From Acidobacteriota bacterium (GTDB lineage: Bacteria > Acidobacteriota > UBA4820 > DSQY01): DNA of 34,468 nucleotides. Positions 1 to 7,787 of this stretch are shown in pieces. The stretch is taken from positions 1 through 34,468 of the forward strand of contig JBFLVU010000004.1 in the NCBI GenBank assembly GCA_040758175.1. The letters run 5' to 3'. The notes beneath the pieces were generated by a model. The model was given only the letters and a program-made list of their open reading frames with translations. It was not told the DNA's origin and ran no database searches. Each line of letters begins with the position of its first letter. Within the stretch, counting starts at the first letter, position 1. Made by a program: the position numbers and the translations under genes.

Positions 1-65
1 CCAGACCCGCGCCGGCGGCCGTCCTCCCGGGCGTGTCCCCGACCCCCAGGAGGGCCCGCGCGGCC

Positions 66-1049
66 TCACGGAGCGAAGTGGTCGAACCCTTTGGGAAGAA
101 GCGGTTCACTCCGTCCTCCGGGCCACCGAAGCTCACAGGCCGCACCTTCTACCAAACGCCCGATCCGGAAGGGGGAGCCCACGCCCCCCCCCCGCGCCGG
201 ATCCGGCTCCCCTCCGGCCGCGAAGAGAAGAACCTGGTCTTCTCCCCCCAGGATCGCCTCCCTCACCGACTCCTCACTCCAGCCGCCGGCCAGCGTGTCC
301 ACCGGAATGCGCTCCGCCTCCACCACGGCCCCGCACCCCGAGGCCTCGCAGAGGCGGTGCAGGTCCATGGCCAGCCCGTCGGAGACGTCGATACAGCAGG
401 AGGCGCCCCCGGGGCGAGCCAGGGCAAGGCCCAGTTCGGTCTGACCCGGCGGGCGGTAGAAACGGTCCAGGAGTCCCTGGAGCGGGTCCGTCGGGCGGAC
501 GTCCGCGAAGCGTTCTAGAATGGCTCCCCGCTTCAGGGCCCGAAGCGCCGCTCTGGCCCCCCCCACGGGCCCCGAAACATAAAGCGCGTCTCCGGGGCGC
601 CCGCCGGCGCGGGTGAGAGGCCTCTCGCCCGCCAATCCGATCAAAGTGAGGCTCAGCACCAGCCCTCCGGGGCTCGCGCTGAGGTCGCCTCCGCAAAGAC
701 CCACACTTTCCCGCCGGGCGAGGGTTCGCATCCCCTCCAGCAGGCCCTCCACAAAATCGTCCCCCAAGTCCCCGGGGATGCCCAACGTGAGAAGCAGGAA
801 GCGTGGCCGGGCTCCGACCGCCGCGAGATCCGACAGGTTCGCCGCCAGCGCCTTGTTCCCTAGAGCCTCGGCGGGCGCCCAGCGCCGTTCGAAGTCAACG
901 CCCTCCAGGAGGGCGTCCGTCGTCATCGCATACCGGGCCGAAGGCAGGACGCAGGCGTCGTCCCCGAGGTCAACCTCGGCCCCGGATGGTCCCCACGTGC
1001 TCTGGATGTGCCGGATCCAATCGGCCTCGCCCCGGCGGGGTCCCGTCAC
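66..1049 (-). CDS. thiL: thiamine-monophosphate kinase (ThiL)
   Basis: ORF 66..1151 has AIR-synthase/ThiL-type motifs (DLGDDACVL, AMTTDALLEGVDF, LAANLSDLAAVGARP, CGGDLS, CIDVSDGL). I place the start at GTG 1049 (VTGPRRGEADWIRHI...). It forms a GTGA start/stop overlap with the upstream Fis-like gene (stop 1048..1046). The ATG at 1151 would overlap that gene by about 100 nt. Confidence 0.85.
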   Translation of the reverse strand: MTGPRRGEADWIRHIQSTWGPSGAEVDLGDDACVLPSARYAMTTDALLEGVDFERRWAPAEALGNKALAANLSDLAAVGARPRFLLLTLGIPGDLGDDFVEGLLEGMRTLARRESVGLCGGDLSASPGGLVLSLTLIGLAGERPLTRAGGRPGDALYVSGPVGGARAALRALKRGAILERFADVRPTDPLQGLLDRFYRPPGQTELGLALARPGGASCCIDVSDGLAMDLHRLCEASGCGAVVEAERIPVDTLAGGWSEESVREAILGGEDQVLLFAAGGEPDPARGGGVGSPFRIGRLVEGAACELRWPGGRSEPLLPKGFDHFAP

Positions 1050-1315
1050 GGGCGCGCGTCCCCGTTCGCTCCGCGCTGGTCGATCTTTGCGTTCAGGGTG
1101 TTTCGGTGCATCCCCAGCTTTTTCGCCGCTTTGCTGCGGTTTCCATCGCATGTGGCCAGGGTCCGTTCGATGTAAAGGCGCTCGATTTCGCCCTGAGTCT
1201 CTTTCAAGGTGATCCCGAGGCGGATGAGAATGTCCACGATCTCCCGAAGGTGGCCGTTCAAATCCTTGTTCTCAACGAAGGGGTCCCCGAAGGGAAGCCG
1301 GTTCACCTTGCCCAC
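1046..1315 (-). CDS. small Fis-family (HTH_8) DNA-binding protein
   Basis: 89-aa ORF. The C-terminus CDGNRSKAAKKLGMHRNTLNAKI is the classic Fis/NtrC-type helix-turn-helix. ATG start at 1315. Confidence 0.75.
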   Translation of the reverse strand: MGKVNRLPFGDPFVENKDLNGHLREIVDILIRLGITLKETQGEIERLYIERTLATCDGNRSKAAKKLGMHRNTLNAKIDQRGANGDARP

Positions 1316-1351
1316 CCCCCTGTACCGCCGCCCGCGCGGCGAGGCCCGCCC

Positions 1352-1591
1352 TCACACCGACAGTTGCTTCAGGCTCTTTTCGTGCTTCTTGGCGATCAGC
1401 AGCATCTGGTCCTTCATGGTCAGCTTCTTCTTCTTGACCTCCGCCACTCGGACCTCTTCTTCAGGGCTCAAGAACCCCTTTTTCGCGAGAGCCTCCAACT
1501 CCTGTTCGAACTCCTGGTGCTTCTCGTAGAGCCGGCGAAACTCCTCGTCGTTCTTGGCAAGGTATTCTCGAACCTGCTGACTCAACTGCAT
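1352..1591 (-). CDS. DUF465 (YdcH-like) small coiled-coil protein
   Basis: Inner part of ORF 1352..1735. ATG at 1591 is preceded by GGAGGGAG (RBS). The 79-aa product MQLSQQVREYLAKNDEEFRRLYEKHQEFEQELEAL...LSPEEEVRVAEVKKKKLTMKDQM matches the DUF465 pattern. The upstream part of the ORF overlaps lepB and is Ser/Thr/Gly-rich junk. Confidence 0.7.
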   Translation of the reverse strand: MQLSQQVREYLAKNDEEFRRLYEKHQEFEQELEALAKKGFLSPEEEVRVAEVKKKKLTMKDQMLLIAKKHEKSLKQLSV

Positions 1592-1619
1592 GAGGGTCTC
1601 CCTCCCCGCGCGGAGAAGA

Positions 1620-2474
1620 TTACCGCGGCCGCATGAAGATGCGGTCCCAACGGGTTTTTCCGAAGAAGTGGACGATCTTGTCGAGGAACCGCCGGGCCAC
1701 GTCTCCAGGCGAGTTCCGGAGGTAGTCGTAATCACCCTCCTTGAAGGACCACCAAACGACCCATGCCCTGCCGAGGACCATGCGGGCGTCGAGGGCGCCC
1801 CAATACCGGCTGTCCTCGCTGTTCATCCGGTTGTCCCCCATCATGAAAAGGTGGCCTTCGGGGATACGATAAGGCCCGAAGTTACCCCGGTCAAGGGCAT
1901 CGAGTCCGTCCTCGCCCTTCAGGCTCACCTGAACCCGGTCCGGGAGGTAATCCACCCGAAACGCCTCCGGGGTCCGCAGGAAGTCCGGAAGCTCGGGAAC
2001 CTCGGTCCCCTCCGGGATCTCCGGCACGGTCTCGTAGGTTCCCCGGTAGGGTTCAGGCAGGAGCGTGTACCCCTCCACGAGCATCTTCCCGTTCACGAAA
2101 ACCTGGTGGTTCACGAGCTGGATCACGTCCCCGGACATGGCCACCACGCGCTTGATGAACGGGACTTGGGGGTTTCCGGGGAACTTGAACACGACGATGT
2201 CCCCCCTCCGGATGTCCCTCATGGGCAGGATCCTGCGCTCCCAATCGAAGGCGGAGGGACCATAGAGGAAGGAATTCACGATCAGGCGGTCCCCTACGAG
2301 AAGCGTGTTTTTCATGGATCCGGATGGGATGTTGCTGTTCTGGAAGACCCACGTCCTCGCGAAGAGGACGAAGATCAACACCACGCAGATGGTCTCCCAG
2401 TAGTCTCGGAGGGTGCCCTTAGGTAAGACGTCCGCCTCGGCCCCGCCGACTTTGGCTCCTTCCTTTGGTGCCAT
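1620..2474 (-). CDS. lepB: signal peptidase I (S26 family)
   Basis: Motifs SGSMKNTLLVGD (catalytic Ser box), KRVVAMSGD (Lys box), GDNRMNSEDSRYWG, plus one N-terminal TM helix. Start set to ATG 2474 (RBS GGGAG upstream). The ORF-track start at 2510 sits at or above the predicted promoter. Confidence 0.9.
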   Translation of the reverse strand: MAPKEGAKVGGAEADVLPKGTLRDYWETICVVLIFVLFARTWVFQNSNIPSGSMKNTLLVGDRLIVNSFLYGPSAFDWERRILPMRDIRRGDIVVFKFPGNPQVPFIKRVVAMSGDVIQLVNHQVFVNGKMLVEGYTLLPEPYRGTYETVPEIPEGTEVPELPDFLRTPEAFRVDYLPDRVQVSLKGEDGLDALDRGNFGPYRIPEGHLFMMGDNRMNSEDSRYWGALDARMVLGRAWVVWWSFKEGDYDYLRNSPGDVARRFLDKIVHFFGKTRWDRIFMRPR

Positions 2475-2516
2475 TCCGACTCCCTGCACGGCGCCATGGC
2501 CGCGGCGCAATTTTTA

Positions 2517-2546
2517 ACTTTAACCGGGCCGGTGGCGCCAAGTCAA
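2517..2546 (-). promoter_or_regulatory. candidate sigma70-type promoter for lepB operon
   Basis: On the minus strand: TTGACT (2546..2541), 18-nt spacer, TAAAGT (2522..2517). It lies in the only AT-rich patch of the lepB/leuB divergent region. Confidence 0.35.
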
Positions 2547-2616
2547 ACCCGCCCCTCCCGAGGGCCACATCCGGGGGAGAGATCGACGTGAGGGTGCGCT
2601 CCAGCCCTCGGGCGCC

Positions 2617-2645
2617 TTGACCGGTCGGGAGGCGGACCTTACCAT
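2617..2645 (+). promoter_or_regulatory. candidate sigma70-type promoter for leuB-like operon
   Basis: TTGACC (2617..2622), 17-nt spacer, TACCAT (2640..2645), about 20 nt upstream of the ATG at 2667 (RBS AGGAGGG at 2655..2661). Confidence 0.35.
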
Positions 2646-2666
2646 GAACGCGCGTAGGAGGGATCC

Positions 2667-3731
2667 ATGCCCCGCATCGCCCTGCTGCCCGGGGACGGGA
2701 TCGGACCCGAGGTCACGGCGGAAGTGGTCAAGGTCCTGGAGGCCCTCCGCTCTCGCGGGGTCCCCCTGGAATGGGATGCATTCGGAAGCTCGGCGGACAC
2801 CTATCTGACTACCGGATCGGCGCTCCCCGAGGACGTGTTCCAACGTCTCTCCGAGTACGACGCCATCTTTGCGGGGGCCTTCGGGGATCCGCGGATACCT
2901 GATTCTGCGCACGCCCGCGAGATCCTCCTGGGGCTTCGCTTCCGCCTGGACCTCTACGTGAACCTGCGCCCCGTTCGACTCCTCTGCGAGGAACACAGCC
3001 CCCTCCGAAACCGCGGCGTCGGGGACGTCGATTTCCTCCTCCTCCGCGAAAACACCGAGGGACCCTACGTCGGGGCGGGGGGAGGATTTAAGACGGGCAC
3101 CCCGGACGAGGTGGCCACGGACGTCAGCCTGGCGACTCGGCGGGGCGTGGAACGCATCCTCCGATTCGCCTTTTCGGCCGCCTCCTCCAAGCCCCGCCGA
3201 AGGTTGGCCATGGCCGACAAGCACAACGCGCTCCAGTACACCTCCGGCCTGTGGTACCGAATGTTCACGGCCCTGAGGGACGAGTACCCCGACGTGGACG
3301 CACGTCATTTCTTCGCGGACAACCTCGCCTGCCAGATGGTCCTGGATCCCACTCAGTTCGAGGTCATCGTGACGGACAACCTCTTCGGCGACCTCCTTTC
3401 GGACCTGGGGGCCGCCCTCGCCGGAGGACTGGGCTTGGCGCCTTCCGCCAACCTCAATCCGGAGACCGGGAAGGCCCTGTTCGAACCGGTCCACGGCTCG
3501 GCGCCGGACCTGGCCGGAGAAGGAACCGCCAATCCGTCGGCCGCCCTCCTCTCCGCGGCACTCATGCTGGATCACCTGCGGTGCGCCGACTGGGGTTCCC
3601 GGCTGAGGGAGGCCGTCCGGGCGTGCCTCCGCGCGGGACGGACCACCTGCGATCTAGGGGGCGCCTTGTCCACCGCCGCCGCCGGCGACGCCGTCGTCGG
3701 GGTACTTCTGGACGGGATGGAGTCCCCTTGA
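2667..3731 (+). CDS. leuB: isocitrate/isopropylmalate dehydrogenase family enzyme (3-isopropylmalate dehydrogenase-like; tartrate/D-malate dehydrogenase-like features)
   Basis: 354 aa. N-terminus RIALLPGDGIGPEV, then YVNLRPVRL, LRENTEGPYVG, DNLFGDLLSDL, GSAPDLAG. These are the canonical beta-decarboxylating dehydrogenase motifs. The symbol is given by family and context only; see finding on substrate uncertainty. Confidence 0.8.
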   Translation: MPRIALLPGDGIGPEVTAEVVKVLEALRSRGVPLEWDAFGSSADTYLTTGSALPEDVFQRLSEYDAIFAGAFGDPRIPDSAHAREILLGLRFRLDLYVNLRPVRLLCEEHSPLRNRGVGDVDFLLLRENTEGPYVGAGGGFKTGTPDEVATDVSLATRRGVERILRFAFSAASSKPRRRLAMADKHNALQYTSGLWYRMFTALRDEYPDVDARHFFADNLACQMVLDPTQFEVIVTDNLFGDLLSDLGAALAGGLGLAPSANLNPETGKALFEPVHGSAPDLAGEGTANPSAALLSAALMLDHLRCADWGSRLREAVRACLRAGRTTCDLGGALSTAAAGDAVVGVLLDGMESP

Positions 3732-4993
3732 GTGCCCGCACTCTCTCCGAAGCCCTCCTGGCCCGGGCCGCGGGGCGGCGGGATGCAAGCCCGGGGGACC
3801 TGCTTACCTGCCAGGTTGACAAGTGCCTCGCCACGGACATCACGGCGCCCCTCTCCATCGAGGTCTTTCGCCGCATGGGCGCCCGGCGGGTCGCCCGCCC
3901 CGATTCCCTGATCCTCGTGAACGACCACTTCGTGCCCGCCAAGGACATCGAGTCCGCGAACTTCGCCCGCGCCATGAGGGAATTCGCGAAGGAGCAGAAG
4001 ATCGAGCGGTATTTCGAGGTAGGCCGGTCGGGGATATGCCACGCCCTCGTGGCCGAGCGGAGACTCGTTTCCCCCGGGGAAATCTTCGTGGGCGCCGACT
4101 CCCACACCTGCACGGCGGGAGCCCTGGGCGCCTTCGCCACGGGAGTCGGAAGCACGGATCTGGCCGCCGTGTGGGCCCTCGGAGAGCTGTGGTTCCGCGT
4201 ACCCGAAACGGTCCGCGTGGTGCTGGACGGCACGCTCCCCGCCTACGTGACGAGCAAGGACGTGATCCTGAGGATTCTCTCGGAGATCGGCGTGGACGGC
4301 GGGCGTTACATGGCCATCGAGTTCGCCGGAGACGGCCTTGCCGCCCTCCCCATGGAGGCCCGTCTGACTCTGTGCAACATGGCCGTGGAGGCCGGCGCCA
4401 AAGCGGGGCTCGTCCCTCCCGATGAGGTGACCGCCCGGTGGGTGGCCGAAACGGGCGGCACGCTCGCTCTGGCCCTGGCCCCAGACGCCGGCGCCCGGTA
4501 CGCCAGGACCTTGCCTGTGGATCTCTCGCGGCTGGAGCCGCTTGTGGCGGTGCCTTTCCTCCCGAGCCTCGTCCAGCCCGTCCGCGAACTTCGCGGGACG
4601 CCCGTGGACCAAGTCTTCATCGGCTCCTGCACCAACGGCTACCTCACCGACCTGCGCGACGCCGCCCGAGTCTTGCGGGGACGGAGAGTAGCCGACGGCG
4701 TGCGCCTCATCGTCACACCAGCCACCCAGGAGATCTACTTGAGGGCCACCCGGGAGGGTATTCTCTCCGACATGGTGGAGGCCGGAGCCGCCGTTACGAC
4801 GCCCACATGCGGGGCGTGCCTCGGGGGGCACATGGGCGTGCTGGGTTCGGGAGAGACGGCGCTGGCCACGACCAACCGGAACTTCAGGGGCCGGATGGGC
4901 GACACGAACTCAAGGGTCTACCTCGCCAACCCTTGGGTGGCCGCCGCCACCGCCGTGGCGGGAACCATCTGCCTTCCCGAGGACCTGCCATGA
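3728..4993 (+). CDS. leuC: aconitase-family dehydratase large subunit (3-isopropylmalate/homoaconitate dehydratase type, about 420-aa archaeal-type LeuC)
   Basis: In-frame part of ORF 3251..4993. Motifs VNDHFVPAKD, GADSHTCTAGALGAFATGVGSTD, GSCTNG, CGACLGG (Fe-S ligands), NRNFRGRMG. Start proposed at TTG 3728, overlapping the leuB-like stop (TTGA). The first 159 codons of the listed ORF are Arg/Pro/Gly-rich read-through of the leuB-like gene in another frame. Confidence 0.85.
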   Translation: MSARTLSEALLARAAGRRDASPGDLLTCQVDKCLATDITAPLSIEVFRRMGARRVARPDSLILVNDHFVPAKDIESANFARAMREFAKEQKIERYFEVGRSGICHALVAERRLVSPGEIFVGADSHTCTAGALGAFATGVGSTDLAAVWALGELWFRVPETVRVVLDGTLPAYVTSKDVILRILSEIGVDGGRYMAIEFAGDGLAALPMEARLTLCNMAVEAGAKAGLVPPDEVTARWVAETGGTLALALAPDAGARYARTLPVDLSRLEPLVAVPFLPSLVQPVRELRGTPVDQVFIGSCTNGYLTDLRDAARVLRGRRVADGVRLIVTPATQEIYLRATREGILSDMVEAGAAVTTPTCGACLGGHMGVLGSGETALATTNRNFRGRMGDTNSRVYLANPWVAAATAVAGTICLPEDLP

Positions 4994-5499
4994 AGCCTGG
5001 TGCGCTCCTCCGAGGGCGGGCTCGCGTGTTCGGCGACCACGTGGACACGGACGTCATCATCCCGGCCCGCCATTGCGCCACCTTGGACGTGGACGAGCTC
5101 GGGCGACACGCCATGGAAGGACTCGATCCCGGATTCCCCTCTCGCATTGGAAGGGGGGACATCGTTGTCGCCGGGCGCAACTTCGGGTGCGGAAGCAGCC
5201 GAGAAACGGCCCCCCTCGCCCTGCTGGGCGCGGGGGTGGGCGCCGTCGTTGCCGCCTCCTTCGCGAGGATTTTCTTCAGGAACGCTCTGAACGTGGGATT
5301 GCCGATCTTCGAGTGTCCGGACGCCGTCGCCGCCTGCGGGGAGGGGGACGCCCTGGAGATCGATCCTTCGCAGGGCGGACTGACCCACCTGAAAACGGGA
5401 AGAGCCTTCCCGCTCGCACCCTACCCCGACCAGTTGCTCCGGATCGTGGACGCCGGGGGCCTCGTCCCTTACGTGCGGCGCAGGCTGGGAGTGGATTGA
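4990..5499 (+). CDS. leuD: aconitase-family dehydratase small subunit (LeuD-like)
   Basis: In-frame part of ORF 4438..5499. ATG 4990 overlaps the large-subunit stop (ATGA). Motifs GDHVDTDVIIPA, VAGRNFGCGSSRE, FARIFFRNALNVGLP. Confidence 0.85.
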   Translation: MKPGALLRGRARVFGDHVDTDVIIPARHCATLDVDELGRHAMEGLDPGFPSRIGRGDIVVAGRNFGCGSSRETAPLALLGAGVGAVVAASFARIFFRNALNVGLPIFECPDAVAACGEGDALEIDPSQGGLTHLKTGRAFPLAPYPDQLLRIVDAGGLVPYVRRRLGVD

Positions 5500-5516
5500 A
5501 GGGAAGCGAGTCCAGG

Positions 5517-7724
5517 TTAGCCGGCCGTGAAGGCCCGCGACTCGCTCTTGGTCTTCACCTTGTTCACGGTCGTCACGACCTGCCAGTACAGGGTGCGTCC
5601 CTCCCGGCCCTTCTTGCGAATCCACTCCAGCGCGGCGGCGCTCGGGATCCATCCGCTCACTTTTAGCTCGGTTCCGCCCGGGAAGGCCGTATAGGTCTTG
5701 TGATTGTCCGGAAAATCCGGGTCCACCGACACTTTGATCACATACTTGGCGTCGGCCGTAGGCTTCCAAGTAAATATCGGCGGGTTGAAGGCCGAGATGT
5801 GGTCTCCATCGCAGGGGAGGTAGAGGGTGGGTCCCGGGCAATTCGTCGGGCTCAGTGCCCAAAGGCCGCCCTCCTGGGCCGAAACCACCACGGCGCCGTT
5901 GTCCAGGATGGCCCCCGCGTAAGAAAATCCCGGTGTCTCGAAGTAGGCCACGGGAAAAGCGGCCTCGGGATCCGAGACATCCATCTCCCTCAGGCCGGAG
6001 GCGCCGTCGCACACGAGCATCCGGTCACCGGAGAATGCGAGGGAGAAAGACGCATTCGAGTCGATGATGCCGGATCCCTCGGGCTTGGCGGGGTCGGTCA
6101 CATCCGCGAGGTTGATGGAACCCACGAGGGTCGGCTGGAAAAGGTGGGTCCCGCGCAAGTAGAGTTTTCCCTGGTTCATGTCGTACGAAACCGGTCCTCC
6201 AACCTTTTCCGGATTCTGGGGATCGGTAACGTCTACGGCCCATGTGCCCCTGTCGCTCTGGGCGGCCCAGAGGATCTCGTCACTCCCAAGTGCGACCCCG
6301 GCAATGAACCCGGTGTCCGTCGTCCACTCCCCGACTTGAACGGGGTGGGAGGGATCGGAGATGTCCACCAGGAGGGCTCCCTTCGTGCCGGCGGCCACAG
6401 CCATCCTGCTGCCCGCCACCGCAGCCTGGATGGCCGATCCTTCGAAGCTGAACGACCCCAGGAGAGACGGCGCCGCCGGATTGGACAGGCTAAACAAGAG
6501 AACCCCTGCATCCTGGCAGGAGGCCAGAAGGAGTTCGCCCGCAATCGCGAGGTCCACGGCGGGAGAGGAAACGGAAGCTTCGGATTCGAGGGAGGGCGAG
6601 GAGGGCACCGCGTAATTCCACGTCTGGATCTTGGAATTCTTGGCCACGTATACGCGATTGCCCAAACCGGCCAGGGCTCCCTTGGGGTAATCACCCACAA
6701 GCAGGGGGGAGAGCGCTGGGTGGTCCGGGTCCCCGAGGTTCATGGCCCAGAGCCCGGCTTCACCGCAGGCCAGAACGGCGCTCCCCGTGCCGGAGGCGCT
6801 GACGTTGAGCGCCGGGTTGGGTGAAGTGGCCACGGCCCGGGAGAGCGGGGCCTCCGGGTCCGTGCAGTCCACCACGCGGGTCCCGTAGACCCCCTCAGCA
6901 ACGGTCAGAAGGACGGGCACCCCCTCCAGAAAGGCCGCACCCGTCGCCGCCACCGCGTCATGAAGAGACCCCAGGATTCTCGGCGCGTTCCAGGCGGAAA
7001 AGTCCACAAGCACCATCCCCAATTCCGAATCCAGGGCCGCCACCAGGCGGTCCCGGATAGCGAGGGAGTGCACGGCGGTGAAATGTTTCACCCGGGTCAC
7101 CCTTATCGGATTCTTCGGCTCGGCGATGGAGTAGACGAAGAGCCCTTTGGCCCCTCCGGCCACCAGGAGGGTGTTTCCGCTCACGAGGGAATCCGTGAAG
7201 GCGGCGTTTGTGAAGTCCTTTACCCCCACCAGCTTCGGTCGGGAAGGATCCGCCACGTTGAGGATTCGGAGGACACTCGTTCCTCCGGTCACGTAGGCCG
7301 CCTCACCCGACTCGTTCACGGCCACGCGCAGGGCGTCGGTCATGGGAAACCGCGAGAGCACGGAGGGGGAGGCCGGCACCGACACATCCACGATCACCAG
7401 TCCCGTCTTCCCCGTGGCCAGGTACAGGCGTCCCTGGGCGTAATCCATATCCAGAATGGTGCCCGCCTGTGTGAGAGTGCTTACGACCGATCCCGCCGGA
7501 AGGCTGTCGTTCAGGATGTGCAGGGAGGGCCCCGAGGCAAGCGCCCGATAGGGGGGAGAAAGGGAAACCGTGAGCCGGGCAGAGTACGCGGGAACGTGGG
7601 ACTCCACCGAGAAGCCCTCCCGGGTCACGTAGGGTTCCTGGGCGGCGGCGGTTCCGAAGGCGGCCAGCGCCGTAACGGCACCGGCAAGAAGGAGACCCAT
7701 CCGAAGGTGCGAATTCCGCTTCAT
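5517..7724 (-). CDS. secreted LVIVD-repeat (beta-propeller) protein
   Basis: 735 aa. N-terminal signal peptide MKRNSHLRMGLLLAGAVTALAAFGTAAAQE. At least 9 repeats of the type GLVIVDVSVPASP, MVLVDFSAWNAP, TRVVDCTDPEAP, LWAMNLGDPDHP, VLLFSLSNPAAP, ALLVDISDPSHP, TWAVDVTDPQNP, LADVTDPAKP, LREMDVSDPEAA. Normal amino-acid composition. Confidence 0.8.
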   Translation of the reverse strand: MKRNSHLRMGLLLAGAVTALAAFGTAAAQEPYVTREGFSVESHVPAYSARLTVSLSPPYRALASGPSLHILNDSLPAGSVVSTLTQAGTILDMDYAQGRLYLATGKTGLVIVDVSVPASPSVLSRFPMTDALRVAVNESGEAAYVTGGTSVLRILNVADPSRPKLVGVKDFTNAAFTDSLVSGNTLLVAGGAKGLFVYSIAEPKNPIRVTRVKHFTAVHSLAIRDRLVAALDSELGMVLVDFSAWNAPRILGSLHDAVAATGAAFLEGVPVLLTVAEGVYGTRVVDCTDPEAPLSRAVATSPNPALNVSASGTGSAVLACGEAGLWAMNLGDPDHPALSPLLVGDYPKGALAGLGNRVYVAKNSKIQTWNYAVPSSPSLESEASVSSPAVDLAIAGELLLASCQDAGVLLFSLSNPAAPSLLGSFSFEGSAIQAAVAGSRMAVAAGTKGALLVDISDPSHPVQVGEWTTDTGFIAGVALGSDEILWAAQSDRGTWAVDVTDPQNPEKVGGPVSYDMNQGKLYLRGTHLFQPTLVGSINLADVTDPAKPEGSGIIDSNASFSLAFSGDRMLVCDGASGLREMDVSDPEAAFPVAYFETPGFSYAGAILDNGAVVVSAQEGGLWALSPTNCPGPTLYLPCDGDHISAFNPPIFTWKPTADAKYVIKVSVDPDFPDNHKTYTAFPGGTELKVSGWIPSAAALEWIRKKGREGRTLYWQVVTTVNKVKTKSESRAFTAG

Positions 7725-7787
7725 GCCTCCGTCCTTTCCGAATCGGGGGATATCCCCGCTCAGTTTAGCCGGGACGGACGGGGCGGG

